Numbered from the stretch's first letter, positions 10,389 to 21,074 are shown. The stretch: DNA of 64,000 nt from Acidimicrobiaceae bacterium (GCA_027449885.1 DAIDKS010000001.1:6644-70643); one strand, 5' to 3'. The notes: generated by a model from the sequence alone, not told the origin. A program made the numbers and translations.

Positions 10389-11321
10389 TCAGGTCGCTCG
10401 GACGATGACGATTCGTCCGATGCCAACCCGCGCGTCGATCACGAGGTGTGGCGCCCGCGACAGCGACGCCGGCCGTACCACCGGGAGCGCGGAGAACGCT
10501 GAACCGTCGGGTGACCCCAGCAGTTCGACCGGCCCTAGTCCCACGTGCGTCGTGATCGAGACGACGGCGTTCGCTGGCACGTCGATCCAAACTGATCCGA
10601 TGGCCGCCGACACGTCGATCGCGTAACCCTTCGATGGGAACCTGACGGATTGCAGGTCGACCGTCGTCGTTCCGAACTCGGTCGTGTACTGGTGCTGGAC
10701 GTCGCTCAGTGACGTGGGCCGCCAGCTGTGCGCGCCGTTGCCACCCGATAGGGGGACGCCCGTCGAGGCGACGAATCCCATGACGGCGCCAATGAACACG
10801 ATGAGCACGCTGAGTGCGGCGAGGAACGCGACGGCGACGACCCGGCCCAACGTGATCCGCAGCGCCGGTGTTCGCAAGGCGACAATCGCGAGCGCGACCA
10901 AGAAGACCAGCCAGAACAGGGCAAGACTTGGCCCACCGTGCGCGGCCAGCCCGCCGCGCGCGAAGGCGGCGACCAGTGCGCCGATGGCTACGACGGCTCC
11001 GATCATGAGGACGACCCCTAAACGACGCGACCGCGACACCGGAGGCCGAGTTCGCGCCACGACCCCTTCATCCTCTGCTCGAGGCACGAAGACCCAGAGG
11101 GCAAGGTAGAGCGCGACGCCTAGTCCCCAGAAGAGCGCGAGAAGGACGAACAGGACGCGAAAGATGTTGGCGTCGATGTCGAAACGATTGGCGAGGCCGC
11201 GCGCGACACCGGCGATCACCTTGCCGTCGTAGCTGCGACGGAACTGACGCGGCGATTCGCGGACGGTGTCGGACGAGATCGAATCGTCGGACTGGCTCAT
11301 CGGGTTGTGTGTCTCGGACAT
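10389..11321 (-). CDS. PspC-domain membrane protein with LiaF-like C-terminal beta domain
   Basis: RRSYDGKVIAGVARGLANRFDID PspC motif, several TMs, C-terminal beta-rich repeats. Confidence 0.8.
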   Translation of the reverse strand: MSETHNPMSQSDDSISSDTVRESPRQFRRSYDGKVIAGVARGLANRFDIDANIFRVLFVLLALFWGLGVALYLALWVFVPRAEDEGVVARTRPPVSRSRRLGVVLMIGAVVAIGALVAAFARGGLAAHGGPSLALFWLVFLVALAIVALRTPALRITLGRVVAVAFLAALSVLIVFIGAVMGFVASTGVPLSGGNGAHSWRPTSLSDVQHQYTTEFGTTTVDLQSVRFPSKGYAIDVSAAIGSVWIDVPANAVVSITTHVGLGPVELLGSPDGSAFSALPVVRPASLSRAPHLVIDARVGIGRIVIVRAT

Positions 11322-11356
11322 GACCTCACGGTACGCCGAGGCCCGCGCCCTCGTCA

Positions 11357-11403
11357 TCAGGGACAACCCTGAGTTGGTCAGGCGACCTCCGGGTTGTCCC
11401 GTA
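11357..11403. promoter_or_regulatory. Palindromic operators between divergent pspC genes, probably bound by the response regulator at 12728
   Basis: TCAGGG-ACAA-CCCTGA (11357-11372) and related TCCGGG-TTGT-CCCGTA (11388-11403). Confidence 0.55.
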
Positions 11404-11459
11404 GCGCTCGCGAGACCCAGGGGTGTAATGCTGGAGTCGCAACCGGCGAGGACGACACG

Positions 11460-12728
11460 ATGACGACCACTACCCACTTGCAGCACGTTCGACTCGGGGT
11501 GCCCCAGCATCCGCTTCGACGCAACGTTCCCGAGGCGACGCTCGGTGGCGTCTGCGCGGGGATCGCGTGTCGACTGGGCATTCGTACCACGTACGTTCGC
11601 CTGGCCACGGCGCTGGCGAGCCTCGTTTTCGGCGTCGGCCTCGTCGTCTACATGATCATGTGGCTCGCGATATGCCGAGATGGCGAAGACCAGCCGATCG
11701 CCCGCCGACTCGAAGGGCAGCGACGCACCTCGTCCGTCGTACTGTGGCTCCTCGCCGCGGTCCTCGCGATCCTGATCCTGATCACACGGCTCGGCCTCGC
11801 CTTATTGAGTCCCTACGCGTGGTCGGTCCTGCTCAGTCTCGTGTTCCTCGTCGTGATCTGGCGCGGGTCATCTGCCAATGAGCGGGCCCACCTCGAGGAC
11901 TTCGCCCAAGCGCTCCCCGTGCTCGGCGTCGCCTCCATGCGTGGATGGCGAGCGATCGCCTGGCGACTGATACCCGCGGCGGTCCTCATCGTGGTCGGAC
12001 TGCAGATCCTCCAACAGGTCGGCGGGGTCTGGGGCGCCGCCGTCCCAGCCCTCATCGGCGGCGTCGCACTCATCGTCGGCGTGCTCGTCCTGCTCGCCCC
12101 GTGGTGGCTCCAAACGGTTCGCGACCTGTCCAGGGAGCGACGCGTGCGCGTGCGCGCCGAGGAGCGGGCCGCACTCGTGGCCCACGTCCATGATTCGGTA
12201 CTACAGACGCTCACCTTGATCGAGCGCTCAGCCGCGGATCCTGCGGCCGTGCGACGGCTCGCCCGCGCCCAAGAGCGTGAACTGCGCACCTGGTTGTTCG
12301 CCCCGGACCAGGTCGGAGCGACGACGCCGACGGACGAAACCTTCGCGACCCAACTCCGTTCGATCCAGCACGATGTCGAACGCGACTACGGCGTGCGCAT
12401 CGAGCTGGTCGTCGTCGGCGATGCACCGATCGATGAGCGGATCAGCGGGCTGCTGGCGGCGACGCGCGAGGCGGCGATCAACGCCGCGAAGTGGTCCGGC
12501 GACGATCACTTCAGCATCTACGGCGAAGTCGAGCCCGCCGCGATTTCGGTCTACGTTCGCGACACCGGCGTCGGGTTTGATCCCGCCACTGTTCCCGATG
12601 ACCGCCAAGGTCTCGCCCTCTCCATCCGTGCACGAGTGGAGCAGATCGGTGGCTCGAGTAGCGTTCGAACGAAAGTCGGCGCAGGTACCGACGTGGCACT
12701 CACGATTACGCGGGAGGTCGCCGAGTAA
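11460..12728 (+). CDS. PspC-domain sensor histidine kinase
   Basis: N-terminal GGVCAGIA PspC motif, TMs, AHVHDSVLQ H-box, EAAINAAKW, VRDTGVGF. Confidence 0.9.
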   Translation: MTTTTHLQHVRLGVPQHPLRRNVPEATLGGVCAGIACRLGIRTTYVRLATALASLVFGVGLVVYMIMWLAICRDGEDQPIARRLEGQRRTSSVVLWLLAAVLAILILITRLGLALLSPYAWSVLLSLVFLVVIWRGSSANERAHLEDFAQALPVLGVASMRGWRAIAWRLIPAAVLIVVGLQILQQVGGVWGAAVPALIGGVALIVGVLVLLAPWWLQTVRDLSRERRVRVRAEERAALVAHVHDSVLQTLTLIERSAADPAAVRRLARAQERELRTWLFAPDQVGATTPTDETFATQLRSIQHDVERDYGVRIELVVVGDAPIDERISGLLAATREAAINAAKWSGDDHFSIYGEVEPAAISVYVRDTGVGFDPATVPDDRQGLALSIRARVEQIGGSSSVRTKVGAGTDVALTITREVAE

Positions 12729-13381
12729 TGAGTCGACCGCGCGTCTTTCTCGTTGACGACCACGAGCTCATCCGCTCGGGCATCAAGGCCGAGATCGCCG
12801 ACGCGGTCGACATCGTCGGCGACGCTGACGAAGTCGTCGCGGCCACCGAAATGATCATTGAGCGACGACCCGACGTCGTGCTGCTCGACGTGCACATGCC
12901 CGACGGAGGCGGCCTGCGGGTGCTTCGCGACGTTCGCGCATCCTGCACCGACGTGCGCTTCCTCGCGCTGTCGGTCTCGGACGCGGCCGAAGACGTCATC
13001 GCCGTCGTGCAAGCGGGAGCGAGCGGGTATGTCACCAAGAACATCTCGGGCGCCGATCTGATCGAGGCCATCGAGCGGATTCGTACCGGCGACGCGGTCT
13101 TTTCACCAATGCTGGCCGGCTTCGTACTCGAGGCATTCGCCAGCGGCACGACGAGCTCCGCCGCGCCTAGCACCGGCGACCCCGACTTGGATCAATTGAC
13201 CGCACGCGAGCGTCAGGTGCTGCGACTCATCGCACGGGGTTACACCTACAAGGAGGCCGGCGTCGAACTGGGCATCTCATCGCGCACCGTGGAGACCCAC
13301 GTCTCCTCGGTGCTGCATAAGCTCCAGTTGTCGAACCGGCACCAGCTCTCAAACTGGGCGAACGAGCGTCGATTGACGTGA
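12728..13381 (+). CDS. NarL/LuxR-family response regulator
   Basis: LVDDH, LLDVHMP, LTARERQVL...TVETHV HTH. Confidence 0.95.
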   Translation: MSRPRVFLVDDHELIRSGIKAEIADAVDIVGDADEVVAATEMIIERRPDVVLLDVHMPDGGGLRVLRDVRASCTDVRFLALSVSDAAEDVIAVVQAGASGYVTKNISGADLIEAIERIRTGDAVFSPMLAGFVLEAFASGTTSSAAPSTGDPDLDQLTARERQVLRLIARGYTYKEAGVELGISSRTVETHVSSVLHKLQLSNRHQLSNWANERRLT

Positions 13382-13453
13382 CCGCAAAGCGGCGGTTGGC
13401 GATCTAGGGCGCTGCAACGCTATGTCTGCGAGCCGAGTCGGCCCGCCGTTCGC

Positions 13454-13654
13454 TCAGATGGCGCGAACGTTGAGGGCCTCTTCGCCCTTGCGACCGGGCG
13501 CAACGTCGAACTCGACCTGCTGACCCTCTTCGAGACTCCGGTAACCGTCGCCCTGGATGTTGGAGAAATGCACGAAGACGTCATCACCCTGCTCACGCGA
13601 GATGAATCCGAATCCCTTTTCTGCGTTGAAAAACTTCACGGTACCGTTTGCCAC
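13454..13654 (-). CDS. cspA: Cold-shock protein
   Basis: [15 protein letters not shown] (RNP1), DVFVHFS (RNP2). Confidence 0.95.
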   Translation of the reverse strand: MANGTVKFFNAEKGFGFISREQGDDVFVHFSNIQGDGYRSLEEGQQVEFDVAPGRKGEEALNVRAI

Positions 13655-14177
13655 GATCACTCAATTCTCAAAGCGACGGGCCAACCATTTCGGCCCGCTC
13701 GCTCCTTGAAGTGTACTCACCCCCGCGTTCCGCACCGGCACGGCTCCGACGCGACCCGCCGGGCGCGACGAAGCGGCCGATCCACCGGGGTTTTACGAGG
13801 TCACGCGATGTTCACTATTGGACTAGGCCCAAAAGCGGTGACGTCAATGAATTCGCGTGTTCGCACCCAATTCCCGTGGGCTGCACCGCGACGTGTATCG
13901 CTGACCCCTTGAAACCGCCGTCCAGTTTTCGCCCTTCATCGACAACGTGGAACTCAACGCGTACATTTGGCCGGACTCGTTTACGCCCCAGCGATGCGTA
14001 CCAGGCTGCCCAAGAGGTCTCGGAACGCGAAGTCGCGCACACCTCTCGACTCCGGGTCTGCCGGTCCGCGTGGCCGGTCCGTCGCACGACGTCATGGGCG
14101 GCAGACGCCGCGCCATGGGAAATTGCGTGTCCGGGATCGGAAGGCGGCACCGCCTCGACTCCCGTAGGTTACGTGTC

Positions 14178-15242
14178 GTGAATGACGTCGAGGAGTTCCG
14201 CTGGATCGCAATCATCAATCGCGATCGCTCGGTCGCCGACACGTTCGTCTATGGCGTGACATCGACGGGCATCTACTGCCGCAGCGGATGTCCGTCGCGC
14301 CGGCCCCTGCGACGAAACGTCGTGTTCTTCGCGACGCCCGCCGAGGCCGCCGAAGCCGGACTCCGTCCCTGCCAACGGTGTCGCCCCGAACTCGCGGTTG
14401 CGCCCGATCCCGGCGTTGACGCCGTCGTCGAGCTCTGCCGGCGGCTGGAGGACTCGAGGGAGCCCGTGGACGTCGCCACGTTCGCCGCCGACCACGGCTA
14501 CAGCGAGCGTCACCTGCGACGTCGATTCACCGAACTGATTGGCGTTCCGGTCGCCACCTACGCCCGGATCGCGCGCGATCAGCGCGTGCGTCGATCACTG
14601 CGGTCCCGGGTGCCCGTGACGCAGGCCATCGTGGATGCCGGCTACGGCTCGAGTCGTGCCTTCTACGAGCAGGGTGCGGCTCGCTTGGGCATGCCGCCGA
14701 GTCGATTTAGCGACGGTGCCCGCGGTGAGCAAGTCACATTCACGTCACTGGACACCCCGTTGGGCACGGTCGTCGCCGCAGCCACGTCCCGAGGCGTCTG
14801 CGCCGTGCGGATCGGTGATGATGAAACCACGCTCGTCGACGAACTTCGCCACGAATTCCCGCTCGCCTCGTTGGTCCGTGGCGACGAGGAACTCGAGGAA
14901 GTGGCCCACGTGCTCGCCGGCGCCGTGCGCGGCGAAGCCGACGCCTCACGGCTGCCCATCGACCTGGAGGGTACCGCGTTCCAGATGCGAGTATGGGATG
15001 TGCTTCGCCACGTCCCCCTCGGCCAGACGCTCACGTACTCGCAGTTGGCCGAGCGCACTGGAACGCCACGAGCGGTACGAGCCGTGGCATCGGCGTGCGC
15101 GGCTAATCCGGCCGCGCTCGTCGTGCCGTGTCACCGGATCATCCGGCGTGACGGAACCCTCGGCGGCTATCGCTGGGGACTCGACGCTAAGGCGGCGCTG
15201 CTCGAGAACGAGCGCGCCACCGTTGCGGGGGTGCGGCCGTGA
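14178..15242 (+). CDS. ada: Bifunctional Ada transcriptional activator / O6-methylguanine-DNA methyltransferase
   Basis: TGIYCRSGC and RPCQRCRP Zn motif, AraC HTH, VPCHRII active site. Confidence 0.92.
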   Translation: MNDVEEFRWIAIINRDRSVADTFVYGVTSTGIYCRSGCPSRRPLRRNVVFFATPAEAAEAGLRPCQRCRPELAVAPDPGVDAVVELCRRLEDSREPVDVATFAADHGYSERHLRRRFTELIGVPVATYARIARDQRVRRSLRSRVPVTQAIVDAGYGSSRAFYEQGAARLGMPPSRFSDGARGEQVTFTSLDTPLGTVVAAATSRGVCAVRIGDDETTLVDELRHEFPLASLVRGDEELEEVAHVLAGAVRGEADASRLPIDLEGTAFQMRVWDVLRHVPLGQTLTYSQLAERTGTPRAVRAVASACAANPAALVVPCHRIIRRDGTLGGYRWGLDAKAALLENERATVAGVRP

Positions 15243-16180
15243 CGATGGCGAAGCCGAAGCCTCGCACCCTGGGCTGGCAGGTGAGCTTCGTGCTCCTGGG
15301 CGCCATCTGGGGCTGTTCGTTCTGGTGGATCAAGCTCGGTCTGCGGGCGATGTCGCCGGTGGACGTCGCGCTCGTTCGACTGGCCGCGGGCGCCGTCACC
15401 CTGCTCACCCTGACCGCTATTACGCGCACGCCACTGGCGCGACGGCTCAGTACGTGGGGGCACCTCTTCGTGCTCGCGCTGCTCTTGAACAGCGTGCCCT
15501 TTACGCTCTTCTCCTACAGCGAGACGCACATCTCGGCGGTCTTGGCTGGACTCATCAACGCCTGTACGCCCTTGTCGACCCTTATCGTGGCGCTCTTCAT
15601 TCTTCGCCAGGAACCCGTCCGTCCAATGGTAATGGGCGGGCTCGCGATTGGACTCGTGGGCGTCTTGGTCGTCATCGGCGTGTGGAACGGATTCGGCGCC
15701 GGCCAGCGCCTCGGTATCATCGCGTGTCTCGGCGCCGTCGTTTGCTACGGCTTCGGGTTCACCTACGCCCGACGGCACCTCGCGGGACTGCCTGAAAATC
15801 CGATTGCGCTCGCGACCGGCCAGATCGTGTGCGGGACGCTACAAATGGTGCCCTTCGCCCTCGCGTTTGGGCACTTCGACGCCATTCGCCCGACGTCGTC
15901 CCTCCTCGCCCTCGGTGCCTTGGGCGTGCTCGGTACCGGATTCGCCTACGTGCTCAACTTCGACGTCGTACGCAATGCGCCGGCCACGGTGGCGAGCAGT
16001 GTCACCTACCTCACGCCCGTGTTCGCCGTGATCGTCGGCATCGCCTTCCTCGGCGAATCGCTCAGCTGGAATGAGCCTGCCGGCGCGCTGCTCATTCTCC
16101 TCGGTGTCGCAATCTCACAGAATCGATTTCGCCGGCGAGTGCGACGTCCAGCCGGCGAATTGGTAGACGAGCCCGCCTAA
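15239..16180 (+). CDS. EamA/DMT-family transporter
   Basis: IWGCSF start, about 10 TMs, SSVTYLTPVFAV...LGE. Confidence 0.9.
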   Translation: MTMAKPKPRTLGWQVSFVLLGAIWGCSFWWIKLGLRAMSPVDVALVRLAAGAVTLLTLTAITRTPLARRLSTWGHLFVLALLLNSVPFTLFSYSETHISAVLAGLINACTPLSTLIVALFILRQEPVRPMVMGGLAIGLVGVLVVIGVWNGFGAGQRLGIIACLGAVVCYGFGFTYARRHLAGLPENPIALATGQIVCGTLQMVPFALAFGHFDAIRPTSSLLALGALGVLGTGFAYVLNFDVVRNAPATVASSVTYLTPVFAVIVGIAFLGESLSWNEPAGALLILLGVAISQNRFRRRVRRPAGELVDEPA

Positions 16181-16432
16181 CAAGCAGTCACCTGGCGCCG
16201 TAGGACACCGCCGATGTCGGAGTGCACGCCGATGGTGGTGTTGCCCGGCACCAGTGAGTTCACGCCGAGCACCGGGGCAGCACGAAGCAACGTGATTTAC
16301 CCGAGCGAAAACTCACATTTCACCGCCAAGAACCAGTGGGAACCCCGCGTCTCATCGAATCGAGCGGCGCACCGCATTGCCCACCGAGCCCCAGACCGCG
16401 GGGACATTTATAGCATTTGATCAGGAACTGCT

Positions 16433-16509
16433 TGGTGGGCCGTACAGGACTTGAACCTGTGACCCCTTGCGTGTCATGCAAGTGCGCTACCAGACTGCGC
16501 CAACGGCCC
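16433..16509 (-). tRNA. tRNA-Val(GAC)
   Basis: GGGCCGTTGGCGCAGTCTGGTAGCGCA-CTTGC-ATGACAC-GCAAG...GTTCAAGTC...CGGCCCACCA cloverleaf with encoded CCA. Confidence 0.97.
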
Positions 16510-16523
16510 TTAGGGGGTCCACC

Positions 16524-17174
16524 CTACCATCTCGGCCCGCTCGGTCCGGCGAGCACCATCTGACCCTGGTGGTTGTGCTCGACCTGGCGCAAGAAGACCT
16601 CGACGGCCGCCCGTGCGTCGCCCACCGCGTCGTGCCCCCCGGGTTCGACGCCGTAGTGCTGGCACAGGTGCGTGAGCGTCCGACGGGGACGACGCTCCCG
16701 ACTGGGCTCGATCACGAGGTCGTGGTCGATCACGTCGACCACGTCGAGCTCGTCGATCGCCTGCACATCCTCGGCTCCCTCACCGAGGTCGAGGAGCGTC
16801 GCCCGCAGCATCGCGAGGTCGAAGCCCACCACGTTCGCCCCGACGATCGCCGCGCCCTCGCGTGACCACGCCCCGAGGATCTCGCGGGCCCGACGCGCGC
16901 CCGCGAGCGGCGCGAGCACGTCGTGGTCGGCGCGCAGGCTCTCCAGGCGCTCCCGGTCCAGCCCGTGCACGCGTCGCGACCCCTCGGAGATCTCCCGGTC
17001 GGGGATGACGTAGAAGCGGTCGACGCGCGCGGGCGCCCCGAGCCGCCAGGCGTAGAGGCCGTAGGCGATGGCTCGATCGTGAGCCACGTCGAGGCCCGTC
17101 GTCTCGGTGTCGAAGCCCACGAGCAGCGGCGGGACCCACTCGAACAACTCGGTGCGTCGACGCCGGGGAGCCAC
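16524..17174 (-). CDS. DEDDh 3'-5' exonuclease (DNA polymerase III epsilon-like); start uncertain
   Basis: FDTETTGLD, GANVVGFDL, HDAVGDA. Confidence 0.85.
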   Translation of the reverse strand: MAPRRRRTELFEWVPPLLVGFDTETTGLDVAHDRAIAYGLYAWRLGAPARVDRFYVIPDREISEGSRRVHGLDRERLESLRADHDVLAPLAGARRAREILGAWSREGAAIVGANVVGFDLAMLRATLLDLGEGAEDVQAIDELDVVDVIDHDLVIEPSRERRPRRTLTHLCQHYGVEPGGHDAVGDARAAVEVFLRQVEHNHQGQMVLAGPSGPRW

Positions 17175-17250
17175 CGCACGAGCCTGCCACACCACTCTGA
17201 CCCCACCGGTCGAGTTGCGACCGGTCGCCGCGGGCGGGCAGAGTGTCTCG

Positions 17251-18048
17251 GTGAGCGAACGCGTCGCCCTGGTCACGGGATCGTCGTCGGGCATCGGACG
17301 GGCGTGCGCCGACCGGCTCGCCGCCGACGGTTGGACCGTCGTGGGAGCCAGCCGCCGGGGCGTCGCCGGTGACGGCTGGCGCGGGATCAGCGTCGACGTC
17401 GACGTCGATCGTGAGGTCCGGTCGGGAGTCGAGGACGTCCTCGGTCGCGAGGGTCGACTCGACGCCGTCATCGCCGCGGCCGGCTGGGGGCTCGCCGGGG
17501 CCGTGGAGGACGCGACGACCGACGAGGCGCGAGCCCAGTTCGAGACGAACTTCTTCGGCGTCGATCGGGTCGTACGGGCCGCGCTGCCCCACCTGCGCGA
17601 GCGACGGGGGCGCGTCGTCATCATCGGCTCCATCGGCGGCGTGATCGGCCTGCCCTTCCAGGCGTACTACAGCGCCACGAAGTTCGCGCTCGAGGGCTAC
17701 GCCGAGGCGCTCGCGGGCGAGGTCCGCCCCTTCGGGGTCACCGTCTCGGTCGTCCAGCCCGGGAACTTCCGCACCGAGTTCACCGACCGCCGCCGCCACA
17801 GCTCGCCCGCCGAGGGCGACCCCTACGGCCCGGCCCGCGCTCGCGCCCTCGAGACGATGGCGCGCGACGAGGCGGGGGGCGCCTCGCCCGAGGCCGTCGC
17901 CGCACGGGTCGCGGGCCTCCTCGCGGCCCGTCGGCCCCCACTACGCGTGAGCGTGGGCCCGGCCAGCGAGCGCGTCGGCGTCGTGGCGAAGCGCCTCCTC
18001 CCCTACCGCGCCTTCGAGCGCGCCTCGCGCAAGAGCCTCGGGCTGTGA
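17251..18048 (+). CDS. Short-chain dehydrogenase/reductase
   Basis: TGSSSGIG, YSATK. Confidence 0.92.
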   Translation: MSERVALVTGSSSGIGRACADRLAADGWTVVGASRRGVAGDGWRGISVDVDVDREVRSGVEDVLGREGRLDAVIAAAGWGLAGAVEDATTDEARAQFETNFFGVDRVVRAALPHLRERRGRVVIIGSIGGVIGLPFQAYYSATKFALEGYAEALAGEVRPFGVTVSVVQPGNFRTEFTDRRRHSSPAEGDPYGPARARALETMARDEAGGASPEAVAARVAGLLAARRPPLRVSVGPASERVGVVAKRLLPYRAFERASRKSLGL

Positions 18049-19490
18049 CCGGTCCCGTCGACGACGTCACCGCCGCCGGCTACCGGCCCGAGCTGCGACG
18101 ATCCCTGCACACCTTCTCGATGTTCGCGATCGCCTTCTCGGTGATCTCCATCACCACGGGCATCTTCCTCAATTACGGTTTCGGGCTCACCTGGTTCGGG
18201 CCGGCCTCCATCTGGACGTGGCCCCTGGTGGCCGTCGGCAACGTCTTCATCGCCCTCATCGTGGCCGAGCTCGGCGCGCGCATCCCGCTCGCCGGCTACG
18301 CCTACCAGTGGAGCTCGCGCCTCGTGAACTCGACCTACGGGTGGTTCGTGGGATTCGCGGGCCTCCTCTACATGGCCGTCGGTGGCGGAGCCATCATACT
18401 CGTCGCCGCGAGCCCGCTGCTGCTCTCGGAGTTCGGCGTCAGTGCCGCCACCCACCCCCACCTCAACCTCGCCGTCTCCATCGTCCTCATGGTCGTAGCG
18501 ACGATCGTCAACGTGATCAGCGTCCAGGTCAGCGCCCGCGTGAACAACATCGCGGTCTTCACCGAGATCCTGGGCACGCTCGTCTTCAGCGTCCTCCTGA
18601 TCGTCCTGTGGGGGCTGCAGGTGAAGCACACCCCCTACGGCGTGGGCATCCTCACCAGCACCTCCCGCGCGACCCACCAGCCCGCCCTCTACTCCTTCGG
18701 GCTCGCCGGCATGCTCGGCGCCTTCACCCTGATCGGATTCGAGCTGTCCGCCGACATGTCGGAGGACGCCGTCAATCCCCGCCACAGCGTCCCTCGCGCC
18801 GTCGTCGCCGCCCTCGTCCTCGCCGCCGTCCTCGGCATGGTCACCCTCGTCGGCTTCACCCTGGCCATCCCGAACCTTCACACGGTGGAGGCGTCGCCTC
18901 TGCCCCTGCTCACGATCGCCCAGTTCTGGCTCCCCGACTGGCTGGTGAAGGTCTTCGTCGCCTTCGTGGTCTTCTCGATGTTCGCCATCGCCGTCGTGGG
19001 CGCCGGCACCCAGTCCCGCCTCGCCTTCGCCATGGCGCGCGACGACATGTTGCCCGGGTCGCGGGCCCTGCGCCGGGTCCACGGGCGGACTCAGACGCCG
19101 ATCGTGGCCCTCGCGGTCCTCGGCGTCATCGATCTCGCGATCCTCGTCTACGGCTACACCCAGCCCAACTCCTTCGGGACGCTGGTAGGCGCCACGGCGA
19201 TCATCCCCTACCTCATCTACCTCGCGATCACCGTCGCCTACGCCCGCCGACGCCACCGCCTGCCTAGCCACGAGGGGGCCTTCGACCTCGGACGCTGGGC
19301 CCGCCCGGCGATCGTCATCGTGCTGGTGTGGACGATCCTCGTGCTGCTCGAGCTGACGCTCTCGTCGGTCTTCAACGGCGCGGACCAGTTCCTCGCCCTG
19401 GCCGCCGTGCTGGCCCTCGTCTGGTACGCCGTCCTGCGGCCCCGGCTCCGCCACGGGCGGGCCGGGGTTCCCCCCGCGCCCGAGGCCTAA
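18045..19490 (+). CDS. APC-family amino acid/polyamine permease
   Basis: FAIAFSVISITTG, AELGARIPLAGYAYQW, GFELSADMSED; about 12 TMs. Confidence 0.9.
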   Translation: MTGPVDDVTAAGYRPELRRSLHTFSMFAIAFSVISITTGIFLNYGFGLTWFGPASIWTWPLVAVGNVFIALIVAELGARIPLAGYAYQWSSRLVNSTYGWFVGFAGLLYMAVGGGAIILVAASPLLLSEFGVSAATHPHLNLAVSIVLMVVATIVNVISVQVSARVNNIAVFTEILGTLVFSVLLIVLWGLQVKHTPYGVGILTSTSRATHQPALYSFGLAGMLGAFTLIGFELSADMSEDAVNPRHSVPRAVVAALVLAAVLGMVTLVGFTLAIPNLHTVEASPLPLLTIAQFWLPDWLVKVFVAFVVFSMFAIAVVGAGTQSRLAFAMARDDMLPGSRALRRVHGRTQTPIVALAVLGVIDLAILVYGYTQPNSFGTLVGATAIIPYLIYLAITVAYARRRHRLPSHEGAFDLGRWARPAIVIVLVWTILVLLELTLSSVFNGADQFLALAAVLALVWYAVLRPRLRHGRAGVPPAPEA

Positions 19491-20263
19491 CGCTCCTCCG
19501 CGATCGCGCCGCCGCCGTCGATCACCAGGCACTGCCCGGTGGTGTACGCGGCTCCGGGGCTCAGCAGCCACGCGATGCCCGCACCCACCTCCTCCGGGCG
19601 CGCGCTGCGCCCGAGGGGGATCCGGCGTCCCTGCTCGGCCTCGTGGGGCGTCTGGCTACCCGTCGCGATCCAGCCGGGCGCGACGGCGTTGACCGTGATG
19701 GCGTCGGCCGCGAGATCGAGCGCGAGGGCCCGGGCGAGGCCGACCAGGCCGGCCTTCGCCGCCGCGTACACGGGCTCGTGGCGCATCGCCATGACGGGTC
19801 CGGTCACGCTCGCCACCAGGACGATCCGGCCGGCACCACTGCGGCGCAGGGCCGGCAGCGCCGCGCGAACCACGTGGTAGGCGGTGTCGAGGTTACGGGC
19901 GATCCCGGCGCGCCACGCGGCCGGCTCGATCTCCTCCAGGGGACCCGCGGCGACCAGCGGGTCGCTCACCGAGACCATTCCCGCGTTGGCGACCACGCCG
20001 TCGAGGCGCCCGAAGCCCTCGGTGGCGGCCGCGACCACGCGCTCGGCCGTCGCGGGGTCCGTGAGGTCGCCCACGACCCCGACGGCCGCCGGGCCGATCT
20101 CGGCCACCCGCTCGTAGACCCGCTCGGTGGTGGACGTGAGCACCACCCGCGCCCCGAGGTCGCACGCGACCCGGGCCGTCGCCACGCCGATGCCGGTCGG
20201 GCTCCCGGCACCGGTCACCAGGATCACGCGCTCGGAGAGGTCGAAGAGGGCGGGAAGTCGCAC
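19487..20263 (-). CDS. SDR oxidoreductase (FabG-like)
   Basis: TGAGSPTGIG, NAG, YAAAK, NAVAPG, TGQCLVIDGG. Confidence 0.9.
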   Translation of the reverse strand: MRLPALFDLSERVILVTGAGSPTGIGVATARVACDLGARVVLTSTTERVYERVAEIGPAAVGVVGDLTDPATAERVVAAATEGFGRLDGVVANAGMVSVSDPLVAAGPLEEIEPAAWRAGIARNLDTAYHVVRAALPALRRSGAGRIVLVASVTGPVMAMRHEPVYAAAKAGLVGLARALALDLAADAITVNAVAPGWIATGSQTPHEAEQGRRIPLGRSARPEEVGAGIAWLLSPGAAYTTGQCLVIDGGGAIAEER

Positions 20264-20410
20264 GGGGCGACTGTAGTGCGGCGTCGACGACTCCTCGACT
20301 CTCCACCGGCTCACGTGGAAAACGAGGGAATATCCCGGGAATTACGGGACTTTCGACTCACGGGAGCCCGGCGACCGCCCGCTACCCTGGCCTCGTCACG
20401 AGGAGGAGAC

Positions 20411-21070
20411 ATGGCGAACAAGAAGCCGGGATTCCGTCCCCCCGCCCGCCCCGCGAGCGCCGGGCGAGCCCGAGCCGACCACCGGCCGGCGCCCACGCCG
20501 CGCGTGCGAACCCAGGCGCAGCGGCGCCAGCGGCGTCGCACCCTGGTGGCGAGCGCGGTCGCCGTCGTCGTCCTCGGCACGGTCGCCACCTTCGCCATCG
20601 TGAACCGTGCCTCGACCGCCGGCTACTCCACCTCCCCCGAGGCCTGGAAGCTCCCCGTCCAGTCGGGCGGCACCGCCGTCTCCCTGACCTCGCTGCGCGG
20701 CACCCCGGTGGTGGTCAACTTCTTCGCGTCGTGGTGCCAGGTCTGTCGCGACGAGCTGCCCGTCTTCGCCGCCGACGGGCGAGCCCTCAAGGGCAAGGTC
20801 GACGTCGTCGAGGTCAACGCGCTCGAGACCGGCAACGGCACGTCCTTCGCCCAGCAGTTCCACCTCGCCTCGTCGGTGACCGCCGTCCTCTCGGACGTGG
20901 GCGGGTCGAACGGCGACGGCCTCTACTCGGCCCTCGGCGGGACCGGCAGCCTCCCCATGACCGCCTACTACAGCTCGAACGGGACCCTGCTCGGGACCCA
21001 CGTCGGCGGCTACGACGCCCAGACCCTCGCCCAGGCGATCAAGGGCTACTACGGCGTGACCGTGAAGTGA
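20411..21070 (+). CDS. Membrane-anchored TlpA/ResA-like thiol-disulfide oxidoreductase
   Basis: AGGAGG RBS; TM anchor; VVNFFASWCQVC; cis-Pro motif LPMT. Confidence 0.88.
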   Translation: MANKKPGFRPPARPASAGRARADHRPAPTPRVRTQAQRRQRRRTLVASAVAVVVLGTVATFAIVNRASTAGYSTSPEAWKLPVQSGGTAVSLTSLRGTPVVVNFFASWCQVCRDELPVFAADGRALKGKVDVVEVNALETGNGTSFAQQFHLASSVTAVLSDVGGSNGDGLYSALGGTGSLPMTAYYSSNGTLLGTHVGGYDAQTLAQAIKGYYGVTVK

Positions 21071-21074
21071 GCCG

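Noticed and set aside
13815-14150. Minus-strand ORF between cspA and ada
   Set aside because: No recognisable motif or RBS
18003-19571. Long antisense or alternative-frame ORFs (also 28249-29586, 42865-43959, 52457-54361)
   Set aside because: Shadow ORFs expected in high-GC DNA overlapping well-supported genes
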